Origin: Ginglymostoma cirratum
Taxonomy: Eukaryota
DNA length: 64,000 nt
NCBI GenBank assembly: GCA_024137785.1
Contig: JAHRHZ010000046.1
Coordinates: forward strand, 34,998,055 to 35,062,054
Direction: 5' to 3'
Shown here: one piece after another, positions 1-12,630 of the stretch
How positions within the stretch are numbered: the first letter of the stretch is position 1
Layout of the letters: each line of letters starts with the position of its first letter
Translations under genes and position numbers: made by a program
The notes under the pieces: generated by a model
Told to the model about the DNA's origin: nothing
What the model saw: only the letters and a program-made list of their open reading frames with translations
Databases searched by the model: none

Positions 1-120
1 TTCAGAACCCTCTTCACCTCCCCCATTTCTGATGAAGGGTTTCGGCCCGAAACGTCAAGTTTTCCTGCTCCTATGATGCTGCTTGACCTGCTGTGTTCAT
101 CCAGCCCCATGCTTGTTATC
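1..120 (+). mobile_element. Right arm of a foldback, Penelope-like-derived non-autonomous element with an intact minimal hammerhead core (family A)
   Basis: CTGATGA(29-35)-A-GGGT-TTCG-GCCC-GAAA-CGTC(56), followed by a tail that is the reverse complement of the copies at 36448, 37503, 49983 and 58531. Confidence 0.75.
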
Positions 121-687
121 ATGGAATGAAATGATGTGTCTGTAGCATGATCTTTCTTTTCAATAATTAGGCAAATGCTAGCATTTAATTTTTGCAAACA
201 AAATATCGTTCAAGGCCCCTTCAAAAGCAGAGAGTGCATCTTAATAAAAGAAACATGTGTAAACAGAATAGCACAACAGCTAAACTACTAGATGCTTGTG
301 CCATGCTGGGTACTATTGACCACAGTTGTAAACCTGGAGGAGCTGACTTCCAGAGTAAAGAAAGTGTCTTCTTTCCTGTGTATGGAATCAATACGGTCTG
401 TGGAAAGCTGGCTTGCTACTTCTGCTCTCTTTATTTTGCTTACAATAGGTCTTTTTTTATATCCCAAATGCTATTGATGTCTAAGCAAGTCAACTTCAAA
501 GAAACTTCAGCAAGCACAGAGAAATTTCATGGCACAGGGTAACCATTTGATAGTCACTGTTCACCCGCTGCTTATTGTAAACTACTGCTGCTATGCGTAC
601 AGTGAAGATGTTTATCAGATCATTATAATCACATTTTGACTGCGGGAATGACATAATTTTTCTCTTTTTACTTGTCTTCCTTTCAAG

Positions 688-786
688 GGAAGCAATGTTG
701 TGGAAGACCAGGATTTGTTGGAGATTGGCATCCTTAATTCTTCACATAGACAGCGAATTTTACAAGCTGTTCGTGGCCTTCCTCGG
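688..786 (+). CDS. ANKS1B: ANKS1B internal exon, C-terminal half of SAM1 ([33 protein letters not shown])
   Basis: Pyrimidine tract plus AG at 686-687, GTGAGT donor at 787, 99 nt, phase 0. Translation matches recalled human AIDA-1 [33 protein letters not shown]. Absent from the ORF track. Confidence 0.95.
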
Positions 787-2699
787 GTGAGTTGCAATAT
801 GATACCAATAAAGAGAACGCCTCCTGTAGTTATGTGCAATCATGTGGAGGACTAATTTGTATTGGATGATGTTGAGTTTGATGCTTTCATATCTATTACA
901 CAGCTTGTGTGGAACCTTCCATCTCTGTGATCATGTCCAGGCAAAAAACACATGAGTAAAACTTATAGGTTGTCATTAACATTTGAACAACAGAAATTTT
1001 GCTGACCTTTGTTCACTGAAAAATGACAGTGTTCATTGTACCAACTCCATGACAAGCACATGGAGAAATTAACCAAGTGTAATGCTAAGTTATCCAGTGA
1101 CCATTTTGTGGAATTTGAATTAGACGTGACTTATTTAGACATTAATCATTATATGCCTTTTTTTAGCTTCATCTCAGTATAATTGACAATTTGTTACTCT
1201 AAACATGCTGTTTATAAAGTATATAAACCAATATAAGTATCAGTTTGATTTGAGTCAGCTATTTGCAAAGATTCAGTTCAATTTGAGATGCCAATCTATC
1301 TAAATGCATTTGTACTCTAAAGCGAGGGCACACTATCATTTAGTATCATCTGTCAAGATGTATATATTTCTAATTTAATGATAGGAACTTCTTTACCATT
1401 CCTAAGTTGGCTCCTGGCAGCAGTGATTATAGGGCACTGGTAAGAATTTGTTCCGTATATCTTCAGCAATGTAGGAGTGATAACATGATCAGTTTACCTA
1501 AATAGACTGAAGGTAAACTAATTACAACTGTGTTATGATGAGTTCGATCAAATAGGTTGACTGGAGATAAGTTTTAAACTTGATGACTAATGGTGAAGTG
1601 TATGAAATTGTGACGAGGAAATGAAGGTTCGAAAACAAATTTAGTATTGACTCCCAATTTAATAATGCCAATTCTGACTCAAAAGAATGATATTTCCACA
1701 CCTCCTACAGTCTTCATGATGACAGTGTAAGTGCTAACCTTCTTACACAATCATGGAATTACAAAATAGTTACTGTACTGAAGGAGACTATTAAACCTGT
1801 CTTGGCTGTGCTGTATCTCAGCAAGACAGAGTGACTCATGCCATCTCACTCCGTATTCTTTCTCCATAGTTTTAGTCTGTTCCAATTATACTGTCAACTC
1901 TTATTTAATAAATGGTGGTTTGACCATGCTTAAAAATGCACTTGTTTCTATGATAGAAATGGTCATTTTCGGGGGCAGGAACACCCAAAGCTTCCCACTC
2001 TTTGAGTGAAGAAATTCCTCCTCATCCTAATTCTTTAGGATCTGCCCCTAATTCTGTGATGGTGTCCCCTGAGAGCTCTCCTGCAGCCAGGGAAAACTTC
2101 CTTCATGAATCTGCCCTGTTAAGTCCTGTAAGAATTTTGTATGTTGAATGTTTATATTATACCATGTTTTTAAAGTTAAAAATAGCTTGAAATTTGTTAA
2201 CCTATGTTAACCATCATTTTCAATACTCCTCTGGTAATTTAAAGATTAATATGTTCCTCAAAACAAATACAAAATGGGCAATCAGTTTACTTGTTGTAAT
2301 AATATTTGTACAAGGGACAGTAATTAACAGATGATTCTCTACCTGTTCCAATGAGGTTAGATGTATTGTTTAATAAAACAAAATGAACATGAATGTATCG
2401 TCAGCTGATATCTTTCATATAGGTCTTTGTGGTCAAATGCCCAAAAGCATATTTAAGCAACTTGCAAATTCAAATCAACGATACGTTTTCCTTTCTAGTT
2501 ATCATATTGTGCGATTTATTGTTGAAGAAAACAATTAATTTCAAAAGTCGCTTCCACCTGTTTTTACTTTTCAGAAACTCACTGAATTGTTTCTTTAAGA
2601 CATAGTTACGTTGGCTTTTATTTGACAGTTTAGCAAATTGGTGATGGTTCCTTTTTGCTTCCCAATGTATGAGCAAAACTAAACGAAAAAGAAGCATGG

Positions 2700-4345
2700 C
2701 ACAGGGATGATGAGGCAACTATGGCTGACTAGGGAAGTCAGAGATAGCATAAAAGCAAAAGAGAAAGCATGTAATGTGGCGAAGGGCAGTAGGAAGCCAG
2801 AGGACTGGGAAGCTTACAAAGACCAACAGAGGGCAACAAAAAAAAGGGAGAAGATTAAATACAAGGGTAAGCTAGCCAGTAATATAAATGAAGACTGTAA
2901 GAGTTTCTTTACATAGATAAAGTGCAAAAGAGAGGCAAAAGTGGGCATTGAACCACTGGAAAATGACAGTGGAGAGATAGTGGGGAACAAGGAAATGGCT
3001 GAGGAACTGAATAATTACTTTGCATCAGTCTTTCCCAAAAATTCAAGAGAGTCAGGGGTCAGAGCTGAGGTTGGTGGCCATCACCAAGAAGAAGGTGCTA
3101 GAAAAACTGAATGCCTGATGGTGGATAAATCACCTGGACCAGATGGACTACACTCCAGCGCTCTAAAGGAAATAGCTGAAGAGATAGTGGAGGTGTTAGT
3201 GGTGATTGTTCAGCAATCGCTAGAGTCAGATGGGGTCCAGAGGATTGGAAAATCGCTAACGTGATACCCCTGTTTAAAAAGATAGTAAGGCAAAAGACTG
3301 AAAATTACAGGCTAATTAGCCTGACCTCGGACGTTGATAAGATTTTAGAGTCCATAGTGAAGGATGAGATTTCTGAATAGTTGGAAGTGTATGGTAAAAT
3401 AGGCCAAAGTCAGCACAGCTTCATCAAGGGGAGGTCATACCTGACAAATCTGTTATAATTCTTTGAGGGAATAATGAACAGGTTAGACCAAGGAGAGCCA
3501 ATAGATGTTATCTAGCTGGACTTCAAGAAGGCTTTTGACAAGGTGCTGAACAGGAGGCTGCTGAGAAAGACAAGGGCCCACGGTGTTAGAGGCAAGGTGC
3601 TAGCATGGATAGAAGATTGGCTGTCTGGCAGAAAGCAGAGAATGGGGATATAGGTGTCTTTCTCAGGATGACAGCCGGTGACAAGTGGTGTTCCACAAGG
3701 GTCAGTGCTGGGACCACAACTTTTCACTTTATACATTAATGATCTAAATGAAGGAACCGAGGGCATTCTGGCTAAGTTTGCAGATGATACAAAGATAGGT
3801 AGTATTGAGGAGGTGAGCAGGCTGCGGAAGGATTAGGACAGGTTAGGAGAATGGGCAAAGAAGTGGCAGATGGAGTACAACATGGGAAAGTGTGAGGTCA
3901 TGCACTTTGGTAAGAAGGAAAAAAGCATGGATTATTTTCTAAATGGGGAGAAAATTCAGAAGTCTGAAGTGCAAAGAGACTTGGGAGTTCTAGTCCAGGA
4001 TTCTCTCAAGGTAAACTTGCAGGTTGAGTCAGTAGTCGGGAAGGCAAATGCAATGTTGACATTTATTTTGAGAGGACTTGAATATAGAAGCAGAGACATA
4101 CTTCTGAGGCTCTATAAAGCTCTGGTCAGGCTACATTTGGAGTATTGTGCGCAGTTTTGGGCCCCATATCTTGGGAAGGATGTACTGGTCCTGGAGCGGG
4201 TTCAGAGGAGGTTCACGAGAATGGTCCCAGGAATGAAAAGCTTAACATATGAGGAACGTTTGAGTACTCTGGATCTATGCTCGATGGCACTTAGAAGGAT
4301 GAGGGAGAAGCTAATTGAAACTTAGAGAATACTGAATGGCCTGGG
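2700..4345 (+). mobile_element. CR1-type LINE ORF2 fragment (reverse transcriptase), inactivated
   Basis: [17 protein letters not shown] (~3688-3717), KFADD (FADD at 3777-3788) and LYKALVRLHLEYCAQFW...LERVQRRFTRM motifs, with several stops and frameshifts. Confidence 0.95.
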
Positions 4346-5089
4346 TGTGATATGAAGAATCAAGTTTGTCTCTCCATCCCTGTCCTAAATGGCCAACTCT
4401 GATTCTAGTTCATCTAGCCATTGTAAAAAGGCCTCTCAGTGCCTGTTAAAACCTCTAAGAATTTTATACATTTCAACTCCCCAAAACTCTAGAGAATATA
4501 GGCCCTCTTATCCCGAGAATAAGTTGAATGATCTGTTGATTTGTCATTATGATTTATTAAGGTTTGCGTGCGTTTACTCACTACCCTGTAGATTCTAATT
4601 CTGATGCTACTCATTTCCTCAGGTAAATACTGGCTGAATTATGCCCAACAAGTTGTAGATGGAAGTGTTCTAAATCCATTCCTACAGGCATGTAAAGCAC
4701 CAGCAAATTTTTAAATCTATCGACTCCATTCCCTTCAAAATATTTGTACGTGATTACTTCTTTCCCAGTGTTTAATGGGAATTATGGTACATTCTGTGAT
4801 GCTATAATAGGTGCATTATTAGATGTCATGTTTGGATATAGAAAATATTATTGAGTGGAAAATCACAAGTTTTCATAAATCACATTATTAGGATGTAGGA
4901 ACTTTGTAGGGGTTCACCGAGCAATAATAGTCTTTAAAGTTGCTTTTTTTCTAATTGTTTGGAATCTATCAAACATGACAACTTGTACTCAGGATAGGAT
5001 CCCATCATGAAAATGTTACATGACATAACAAAATCTCCTTATATGCTTTTAAGCATCTTATACTTATGTATTTTTCTTCTTTATTGCAG

Positions 5090-5242
5090 GTTAAAGTTAT
5101 TGGTTACGATACGAACAGTCCAACATCTGTCGCAGACTGGTTAGATTCTTTGGAGCTGAACGACTATATCAAGACCTTTCTGGCAAATGGTTACACATCA
5201 ATGGACCTCGTGAAAAAGCTTTGGGAAATCGAACTCATTAAT
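5090..5242 (+). CDS. ANKS1B: ANKS1B internal exon, SAM1-SAM2 linker and SAM2 N-part (VKVIGYDTNSPTSVADWLDSLELNDYIKTFLANGYTSMDLVKKLWEIELIN)
   Basis: ttattgcag acceptor, GTAAGT donor at 5243, 153 nt. Lies within ORF 5066-5254; SAM motif SVxxWLxS...Y...F..NGY. Confidence 0.96.
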
Positions 5243-6439
5243 GTAAGTTCTTGATTTGTGTGGTGCCTTGAAAAAAAACTGTTAGTGCTGAAATGCTTTA
5301 AATTCTGAATGATTGCTATATCGTAACCTTGTGACTTACTGAGGAAGGAGAAATGACACAGCCAAGTAAGTCTTTATAAAACACTTATCCTGAATGCACC
5401 TTAACTCAACAGTGTGTTGGTCATGGCCGCCATTATGCTTGAATTAGATGAATTCATCAAATTTTAGAGTTACACATTTGTCTTCATTCATTGGCCAAAA
5501 TTGTCACATTATTTAGGACAGTTTATTTTCTGGAACTGGCAGAAGTCTCGACTGAGAAATTATTAATTTGATCTTATCACGGACAAATTAAGTTCAGATA
5601 TTGGGATTTAATATTGTTAGCATATGTGAGAAGTAGGGTTTTTTTGTATTTTCATCGCTTTTAAATCACTGGCATGTTTCTTGCTCGCTTTTCATTTAGA
5701 AATATAAAGAAAACTATTTTTGATGTATAGTATATTTTACAAAAAGTAATTATTTGTTTTTGAGATCATCCAATAATGATCAAAAACTTTACTACAGAAT
5801 TGCTTCCACAAAACTCGACCCTAATTTGAATTGTTTAGTTCCTCTTAGTTTACTATTTATAATTTTACAACAACATGAAAATCATTTAGAATTAGTTTGG
5901 TGTCCCACATTCCTTTTTTCCAAAATTAAACCCAGGTGCTGGGTTGCCTGTACAATTAAATCATAAAATAGGAAATTTGTAATTTAAGTAATAATATTAT
6001 TGCTGCTGTCCTCAATATTCTCCAGCCCTGTGATGCTGATCCATGTCAGAGTGCTTTAGATACACTTGTGGATTTTGGGCTACTTCTCTATGGTAGCCAG
6101 ATGCAACATTGTCACAAAATGGCAACAGAGATGCAGGGATAGCAACTGTAATCAGGGGCCACAATCAGGATCTAGAGATGGCCATCTCAGCAAACACAGC
6201 AGCAGATCCAAGAGTAAGTTCTTCCAATTACCCTTGTCCCCGTCCCCCAGAGATGAGCAAAGATTGATACTGAAGTTTGAGATTGAAGTGAAACCAGAAG
6301 TTGAGGAGAAGCTCTTCATCGTTACCACATAAGAGCTGCAGCCTCCCACACAGTGTAAATGTGAGATGCGTTCTTTGGGACCTCAAAGCCTACTGGCAGC
6401 CAGAGGATCCATCATATGGCTTAAAACCTTGCTTTTTTT

Positions 6440-7095
6440 AGATGCTGGTAATGCCTGGGTTCGAATCCCACCTTGGCAGATGATGAACTTTAAACTGAAA
6501 AACAAAATCCAGAATTAAAAATCTGATGATAATCATGCAATTTCATTAGCCATTTCAAAACACTATCTGGTTTGCTTTCCTTACCGAAAGTGGCTGAGCG
6601 AGCCATTCAAACTACTAACAAGTCTTAAAGAAAAAGGAATGAAACTGGATGGACCGGGCGTCAGCCTAGGCACTGGAAATGACAATAACAAACTTAGCCC
6701 TGTTGACCCTGCAATTTCCTCCTTTCTGACATCTGGAGCTTGTGCCAAAATTGTGAGAATTACAAACCAGTGAATAAACAGCCTGACAGTATAATACTCA
6801 CAGATTCATCCCTTACAGACAATGTGCAGGCACCACCATCACCTTTGCTGGATATGTCCTGTCCCACCGGCAGCACAGAGGTGGCAGCACGGTGGTGTAC
6901 ACTTGGGAGGGAGTTGCCCTGGGAATCTTCAACATTGACTTTGGATCCCGTGAAGTCTTATGGCTTCAGGTTAAACATGGGAAAGGAAACCTCCTGCTGA
7001 TTACCACATGCAGTCTTCCCTCAGCTGACAAATCAACGCTCCTCCATGTCGAACACCTCTCGGCAGAGGGGGCATTGAAGTGGCAGAATACAGAA
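6440..7095 (+). mobile_element. 5' part of a non-LTR retrotransposon: tRNA-like head (B-box GGTTCGAATCC) followed by a decayed AP-endonuclease-like coding region
   Basis: The head resembles the SINE at 24067-24414. ORFs 6740-7000 and 6892-7197 give ILTDS...VYTWEGVAL...VLWLQVKHGKGNLLLITT..PSAD, typical of LINE endonucleases. Confidence 0.7.
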
Positions 7096-10000
7096 TACTC
7101 TGACTTTCTGTACTCCCTCCTAATGGCATTGTGGGTCTACAGACTAATCCTAACCTACTTCTCTCCTGAAATTAAGAGAAGGGGTGTCAAAGATTGAGTC
7201 ATCTTAATCAGATGCCACATAGCAGTTTACAGAAATCTGAATTACGCAACAAAATGTGTTCCAAACATACATGCCTGCAGGGTATTGAATAAGCAGTTGG
7301 GCTCCACCCCTGTCAAATGGCTATCCTGATCCAGGGAAATGGTGGCGCCTGACAGACTAGCCCTCTGTGAATGGTCGATGATTTCCAGGATCAGGCAGAT
7401 GTTGTTGCAGTTTAGATCAGTCTGGGATCATGAGGACTGGTTAAGGTGGATCAATGTCAGCCAGAATGGTACCAAGACAACTGCAGAATGTTTATGCAGA
7501 GATATTTGAAGTAAATGTTCACGTTCTAAAATGTGCATTCCAAATGTATTGCTTGGATGTTTTGTAATAACATGATAAGTAAACAGTGCTGATGATAAAT
7601 CCAGAAGGATTTACTGAGAGACAGGAGAAACATTACATCCCTGGAGGTGACACAAAAGAGAACCAAGCCACAGTGTTGATCCCTGGAACCTTCCGTGTTT
7701 GTCACTTCTCTGGTGTCCCACATGGATTGAGCTATGAGAAATGTGGAGGAAACTGCAAAGGAGACGAATGACACAGGACTTTAGTGATCTGGAAGAGGCA
7801 ATGCAAACACTACTTCAAGAAATGCCATGGAAATAGGGCAAGGGAACATAAGTTTATACAGTGAAAGGTGGATTTTGACACTGTTGCCTGGATGTTCCTC
7901 CATAGAGACTGATTAATACTCTTGGAATGATTTTCTGATAAGGCAGTGAAAATGGATATTTTGGAGGCAACTTGAAGACAGTTGAATGCTGTGATGTTGA
8001 AGCTAGGTTTATTTTTGGATGGAAAGGTTAACTTAGTCTAATGATTTACATTTGCTCTTGTGATCTCATGAAAGCAATCAAGTTGTTATCGGCCAATCCA
8101 CAATGTTGTGGGGTGTTTGGTGGCTCAGGGCCATTTCTTTAGGCTAGAGGATGACAGATAGAAACTGCACTACCTTCCCAGAACACTTGGAAATGACTCA
8201 AACTAGTCTAACTCTTTGTGTACACCTGAAAATGGAAGTCCTGTATGACCAGGATGTTGATTTATAAGTTTTCATGCTTTCAACCCTCTATCTCCACACG
8301 ATTAAGTCCATAGACAGCATCCTGCCCCATTAGCAGGCCTCAAACGATCAATAAGGGGCTCATTTCAGGACGTCGTCTAACTGCCACTGGTATTCACCAA
8401 GCAATGGGTGGAGGGTGAGTGCTTGCCATACAGGAAGTATGACATGCTAATCCTATGAGCACCTGGGGCAGGGGCTAGGGTCTCTAGTTCAAAGATACTC
8501 AGTTCTTGATTGAGGGACCTGGTGTTAGGAAAAGGAGGTTTTTGACTGAAAGCCATTCCTTGCCCTTAACACCAAAGATCTCTCGCACCATTCAACCCTT
8601 CTCTTCTCCAACTGTTCACCTGTCCCTGTGTTACCACCTTCCCAGTGGCACTACTGGCCTCTGATTTGTTGGCAGTTCTCAGAGAGCTGGTCTTCCCTAC
8701 CCTGGGGCCCCCGATATGGGTAAAGGCCCATCACTGGTTTGTGAGGTGACTGGCACTAAAGGTGACGGGCCTTCTCACAAAGAGGTGTTTCAGAGACTTT
8801 GTCAGCTCTCCACCCATTGGCCGAGACCATTTTGCACAAAATTCCAACCAATGTCTTGATTAAAAATTTAGATTTGCAACTTGGTGTTTTTTCTAATGCT
8901 CAATCATAGAAAGCAAAACAGTTTAGTTCTGGAAATTCTGGCACTATGCCTTCGCTGTCATTTCAGTTCAAGCAGTGCTCAATCTTACATCTATTATTCA
9001 ACATCATTTATTTAATTTATGCATTATTGAGTAGAATTCTTTGAAATCAAAATGTGCCTGCCTCAAAGTAAGTGGTAAGTAAAGTAGAACTGATCATTCT
9101 CGGGGGTAACTTTCATCTTCAGTGCTGGGGTGATCCATTGCCTGTTGACCCCATTATGGAGCCATATGATTTTCATTACTGTTGATTTATTTTGCTGCAT
9201 TTTGGAGGGAATAGTATGCCCCATGTGCATGAAGTAAAAGATGTTCAGTCTTTAAGTTAATAAGATATGTGTCAACGATGTTGAAAAGAAATATGTTTGC
9301 TCAGACATTTGTCGATTCCACGGGGGTAGGTATTACTGCAGGCTGCTAATTGTGTGGCCCACACAGCATCCTTCTTTGATATCATTGAAGACAATTATGT
9401 GAGCTACTACTTGTCCCCAGGGTATCAAAATCTGCAGAGTGCCAATTGAAGTGAATAAATGTTTCCCCCTGTGTGTAATATCACCTTCAAGCATATTGGA
9501 CAATATGAATCAACTTGCTGTTCAAAGGAAAATTCTGTTTTGTGGTTTGTCAAAACAGATGAAACATTATACATCAAAACAAATATAATCTTTTCCAAAT
9601 TACTTTGGCTGTTTCTCCTCATATGAACATCTTGGCCTCTTAAATACTTAATACTTAAATACTTAAAAGTTTAAGTATTAGGCTTCCTCAACTACAAATT
9701 AATTTATGTTGTTTACCAAATGTGTTGCCGAATATGCTGTATATTCACGTTGTGAGAACAATATCTCGCATTAACATGCTATTAACTGATTTGAGCACTT
9801 GGTGGTGCAGTTGCCCAAGTAACTGAGCAACTAGTAGCAAGTACAATTGAGTGGCTCAGTGATGTGAAATAATGGAGTCATTTGGTTGTGAAAGGATGGT
9901 ATTTGTGATCAGTGTAAGGAGGAAAGAAATGAAATTATGATGTGTGCAAGATTTTACACTCACTTTCCACTGGAAATTGCATTAAGTTTGTATTCAGACA

Positions 10001-11399
10001 ATTTAAGCTGGATTTACACACGTTTCTTTCCTACACGCTGTTTTTGTCTGTCAGATCATATAAAATCATTAGTTGAGTATATGGGCTGTTCCATTTTCTC
10101 AGAATAAAAACTGGCATTGGCCTTGGGCCACTGGAAGAGGTTTTGTGTTTTGTCCATTTTGCTTTCTTAATGTATGTGATACTCTCACATGGGCTGAATT
10201 GGCATGAGTAAATAGATGGTGAGTAATAAAATCATACGTTTGTTGTACAACATAAGGGCAGAATGAAAAAAGTCATAAGATGATTCATAAAGAAATCAGA
10301 AATTACAAGGAATAGCATGGATTTATTTATAAATATCATTCAATTTATTTTAAGGGGGACTCTACATTGTAGACTTTTCTCATCCATCTGTTCAGAGATG
10401 TTATTACACACCTCTATAACAGGTGGAACTTGAATCAGTGAAGAATTCAACGGATTTTGCACTTTGGAAGCCTATGTCATATGTAAATAACAGTTTTTTT
10501 AAAAAATTGTGTAGTTTGCAGCTAGATATACAAGGAGAAAAGCACTACGTATAAAATACTTAACGAAAGTCACAGAACAAGTGAATTATTCCAGCTCCTA
10601 TGAAGTAAAGATCATGTTGTAGCTTTTCTAGAATTGGTCTCTCATTTGTAAAAGATTGCAGGAGTAAGAGTGGAATTCTGTGTGTAGAGGTAGCAGTACA
10701 TGCAAAATGGTCCAATTTAAGGTGTGAACCCCTTGTCTGAATGATCTGAGTATTGTAACTAATTTTGTATTGTTTTGGGTGATGTAGACATGAGAGCAGT
10801 GTCTGGAGAGCAGGGGGTGGTTCACTTGCAATTAATGACCTTTTAAGTATGTACATAGTAGATAGGGAGGGCTCAAAAGTAATTTTCAAATTGTACATTG
10901 GGAAAATGAACAGTTTGGTGCATATTAGAGTACTAGTGCTGGGAGCAATGTTGGGAGAGACTGTGAGCATGTCTCTGCGAGGATGAAACTGTCACTCACA
11001 GGATTTGTTTAGTACTGTCTCATTGGCTGTTTGGTCATACGCTTGCACCATGAGCAGCCAACCTTCTGAACTCCTGCCTGCTCTATTCGGCAAAGCAAGC
11101 CTGGTTTGTGGTTTGCCTTTTGAGTGTTGCACTCTGTAGTCAGTTCCTGCCATCTAACGGCTCCCAGTGGCACCGACCTCACCTCCAGCCCAGTTAGGAG
11201 ATCAGGACTTTCAAAGAATGTTGTGGCATCAATAAAGGGTGAGGTGGATTTGCAACCTGGGTTAAGTAGAGTGAGAGGTTCCTGATCCTGCTTGGGAATC
11301 AAGGCCCCGCCCATGTGTACGATCTTTTAATTTGGCTGAATTAGATTGCTATTTCACTGTGTATTATGATTTGTTGTTTGGTTCCTTGCAGTTCTCACC

Positions 11400-11745
11400 T
11401 CAAAAATCATAATTGTTACAGTGCAGGAGGCCATTTGGCCCCATTTTGGGGCTGCACTGTCTCTCCAAATGAGGAATTCACTGAAAGCCACATCACAGCA
11501 CTGCCCTTATCAACTGTTTCTCTTCAAAACATTCTAGCAAGTTATTTAAGTATACATCACCCTCAAAAAAAATCCATGCTCACTTTTGTTGACAAACCTG
11601 CATGTGACTATTAATTTTGTCCCAAAATATTGTTTCTAGAAATTTCCACACCACCAAAGTGAAACTGACTGGCCTGTAGTTGCTAGGCTTAAAACACCTT
11701 TTTCTGAATAGAACGATAACATTTGCATTCTCCAATCCTTTTATA
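11400..11745 (-). mobile_element. Degenerate CR1 fragments
   Basis: Reverse-complement CR1 3' tail (acagtgcaggaggccatttggccc) and RT N-terminal YRPVS motif (aaactgactggcctgtagtt). Confidence 0.55.
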
Positions 11746-12026
11746 GGCATAAAAATATTAAAAGCATGGTAAAAGGAAAAATTGGAATTTTTTTTTACCT
11801 AAGGTCCCTTTTATTCCAGAAAGCCATAAAACATTGGGAAGCATTCAGAATTGCTGTTAATAAATTTTGCACAGCTCAGATGGCCAGTAAAACTTGTAAC
11901 AAACCTGTTCGTTCAGTTCTGGAGAAGTTACGAGGTAGTTAAGTCATATAAATTACTATAGATAGTTAATCACTGCACTGTAGGCAACGTGTCACATCAC
12001 AGCTTAGTCAGACAGAACACCTTTTT

Positions 12027-12175
12027 ATAGAATTATAGAATCCCTACAGTATGGAAGCAGGCCATTCGGCCCATCGAGTCTACCCTGAGCCTGCAAAGAG
12101 CATGCCACCCAGACTACTCCCCCATCCTGTAACCCTGCATTTCCCATGGCCACCCCACCTAACCTGCACATCTTT
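12027..12175 (-). mobile_element. HE1-like SINE 3' fragment (elasmobranch SINE with HER1/CR1 tail)
   Basis: atagaatccctacagtatggaagcaggccattcggccc...ccacctaacctgcacatcttt, recognised from memory as the HE1 3' half. Confidence 0.7.
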
Positions 12176-12597
12176 TTCTGTGAATTTTTTTAAAATCAAG
12201 TTCCAATTTTAGAAAATTGCATACAATGCAGAATAAGTGAACTGTCATGGTACTGCTGAGAATATCATAATTTAACCTTATTTTTAATTATTAACAACCC
12301 TACAATTTATCGCCATTTCCAGAAACGAATTGTTATTTGGTGATCCTGTCAAAAATACCTTTAATTTCTGTCACTGCTAACTCATTTCCTATGTTTATAT
12401 GCGATGTTGGATTGGCATCAAGCATTATCGTTCTATTTGATACATTATAAGTGTATAGTTAACTAAAGATGCGGCTCACTATCACGTGTTTTGAAAAAAG
12501 ACCTATTATCTAGTTAAAATCAATTGTATTTTTAGCATTGACAGCAATTATTAGGTGTCATTTTTCTAGACATTTTAAAATGGAGAATCTGTAAATG

Positions 12598-12630
12598 GTT
12601 GCTATGACAGCTGGAAGTTGCTATGGTAAT
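12598..12630. promoter_or_regulatory. Tandem RFX X-box-like motifs
   Basis: GTTGCTATGACAGC (12598-12611) and GTTGCTATGGTAAT (12617-12630) compared with the palindromic X-box GTTGCCATGGCAAC. Confidence 0.4.

Noticed and set aside
192-542. 116-aa ORF and other short ORFs with no flanking splice signals (e.g. 10560-10970, 15729-16112, 36012-36374, 40007-40372)
   Set aside because: No recognisable domains; intronic or repeat-derived; many rely on non-ATG starts that are not meaningful in a vertebrate.
2707-4325. ORFs with reverse-transcriptase motifs as a host gene or a retron-like system
   Set aside because: Fragments of an ordinary inactivated CR1 LINE with stops and frameshifts.
8200-8850. 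GC-richer segments (also ~44100-44600, ~56740-57200, ~59200-59640) as exons or CpG islands
   Set aside because: CpG-depleted, with no splice-bounded conserved frame. Probably decayed non-autonomous DNA transposons, but I cannot define their termini well enough to call them.
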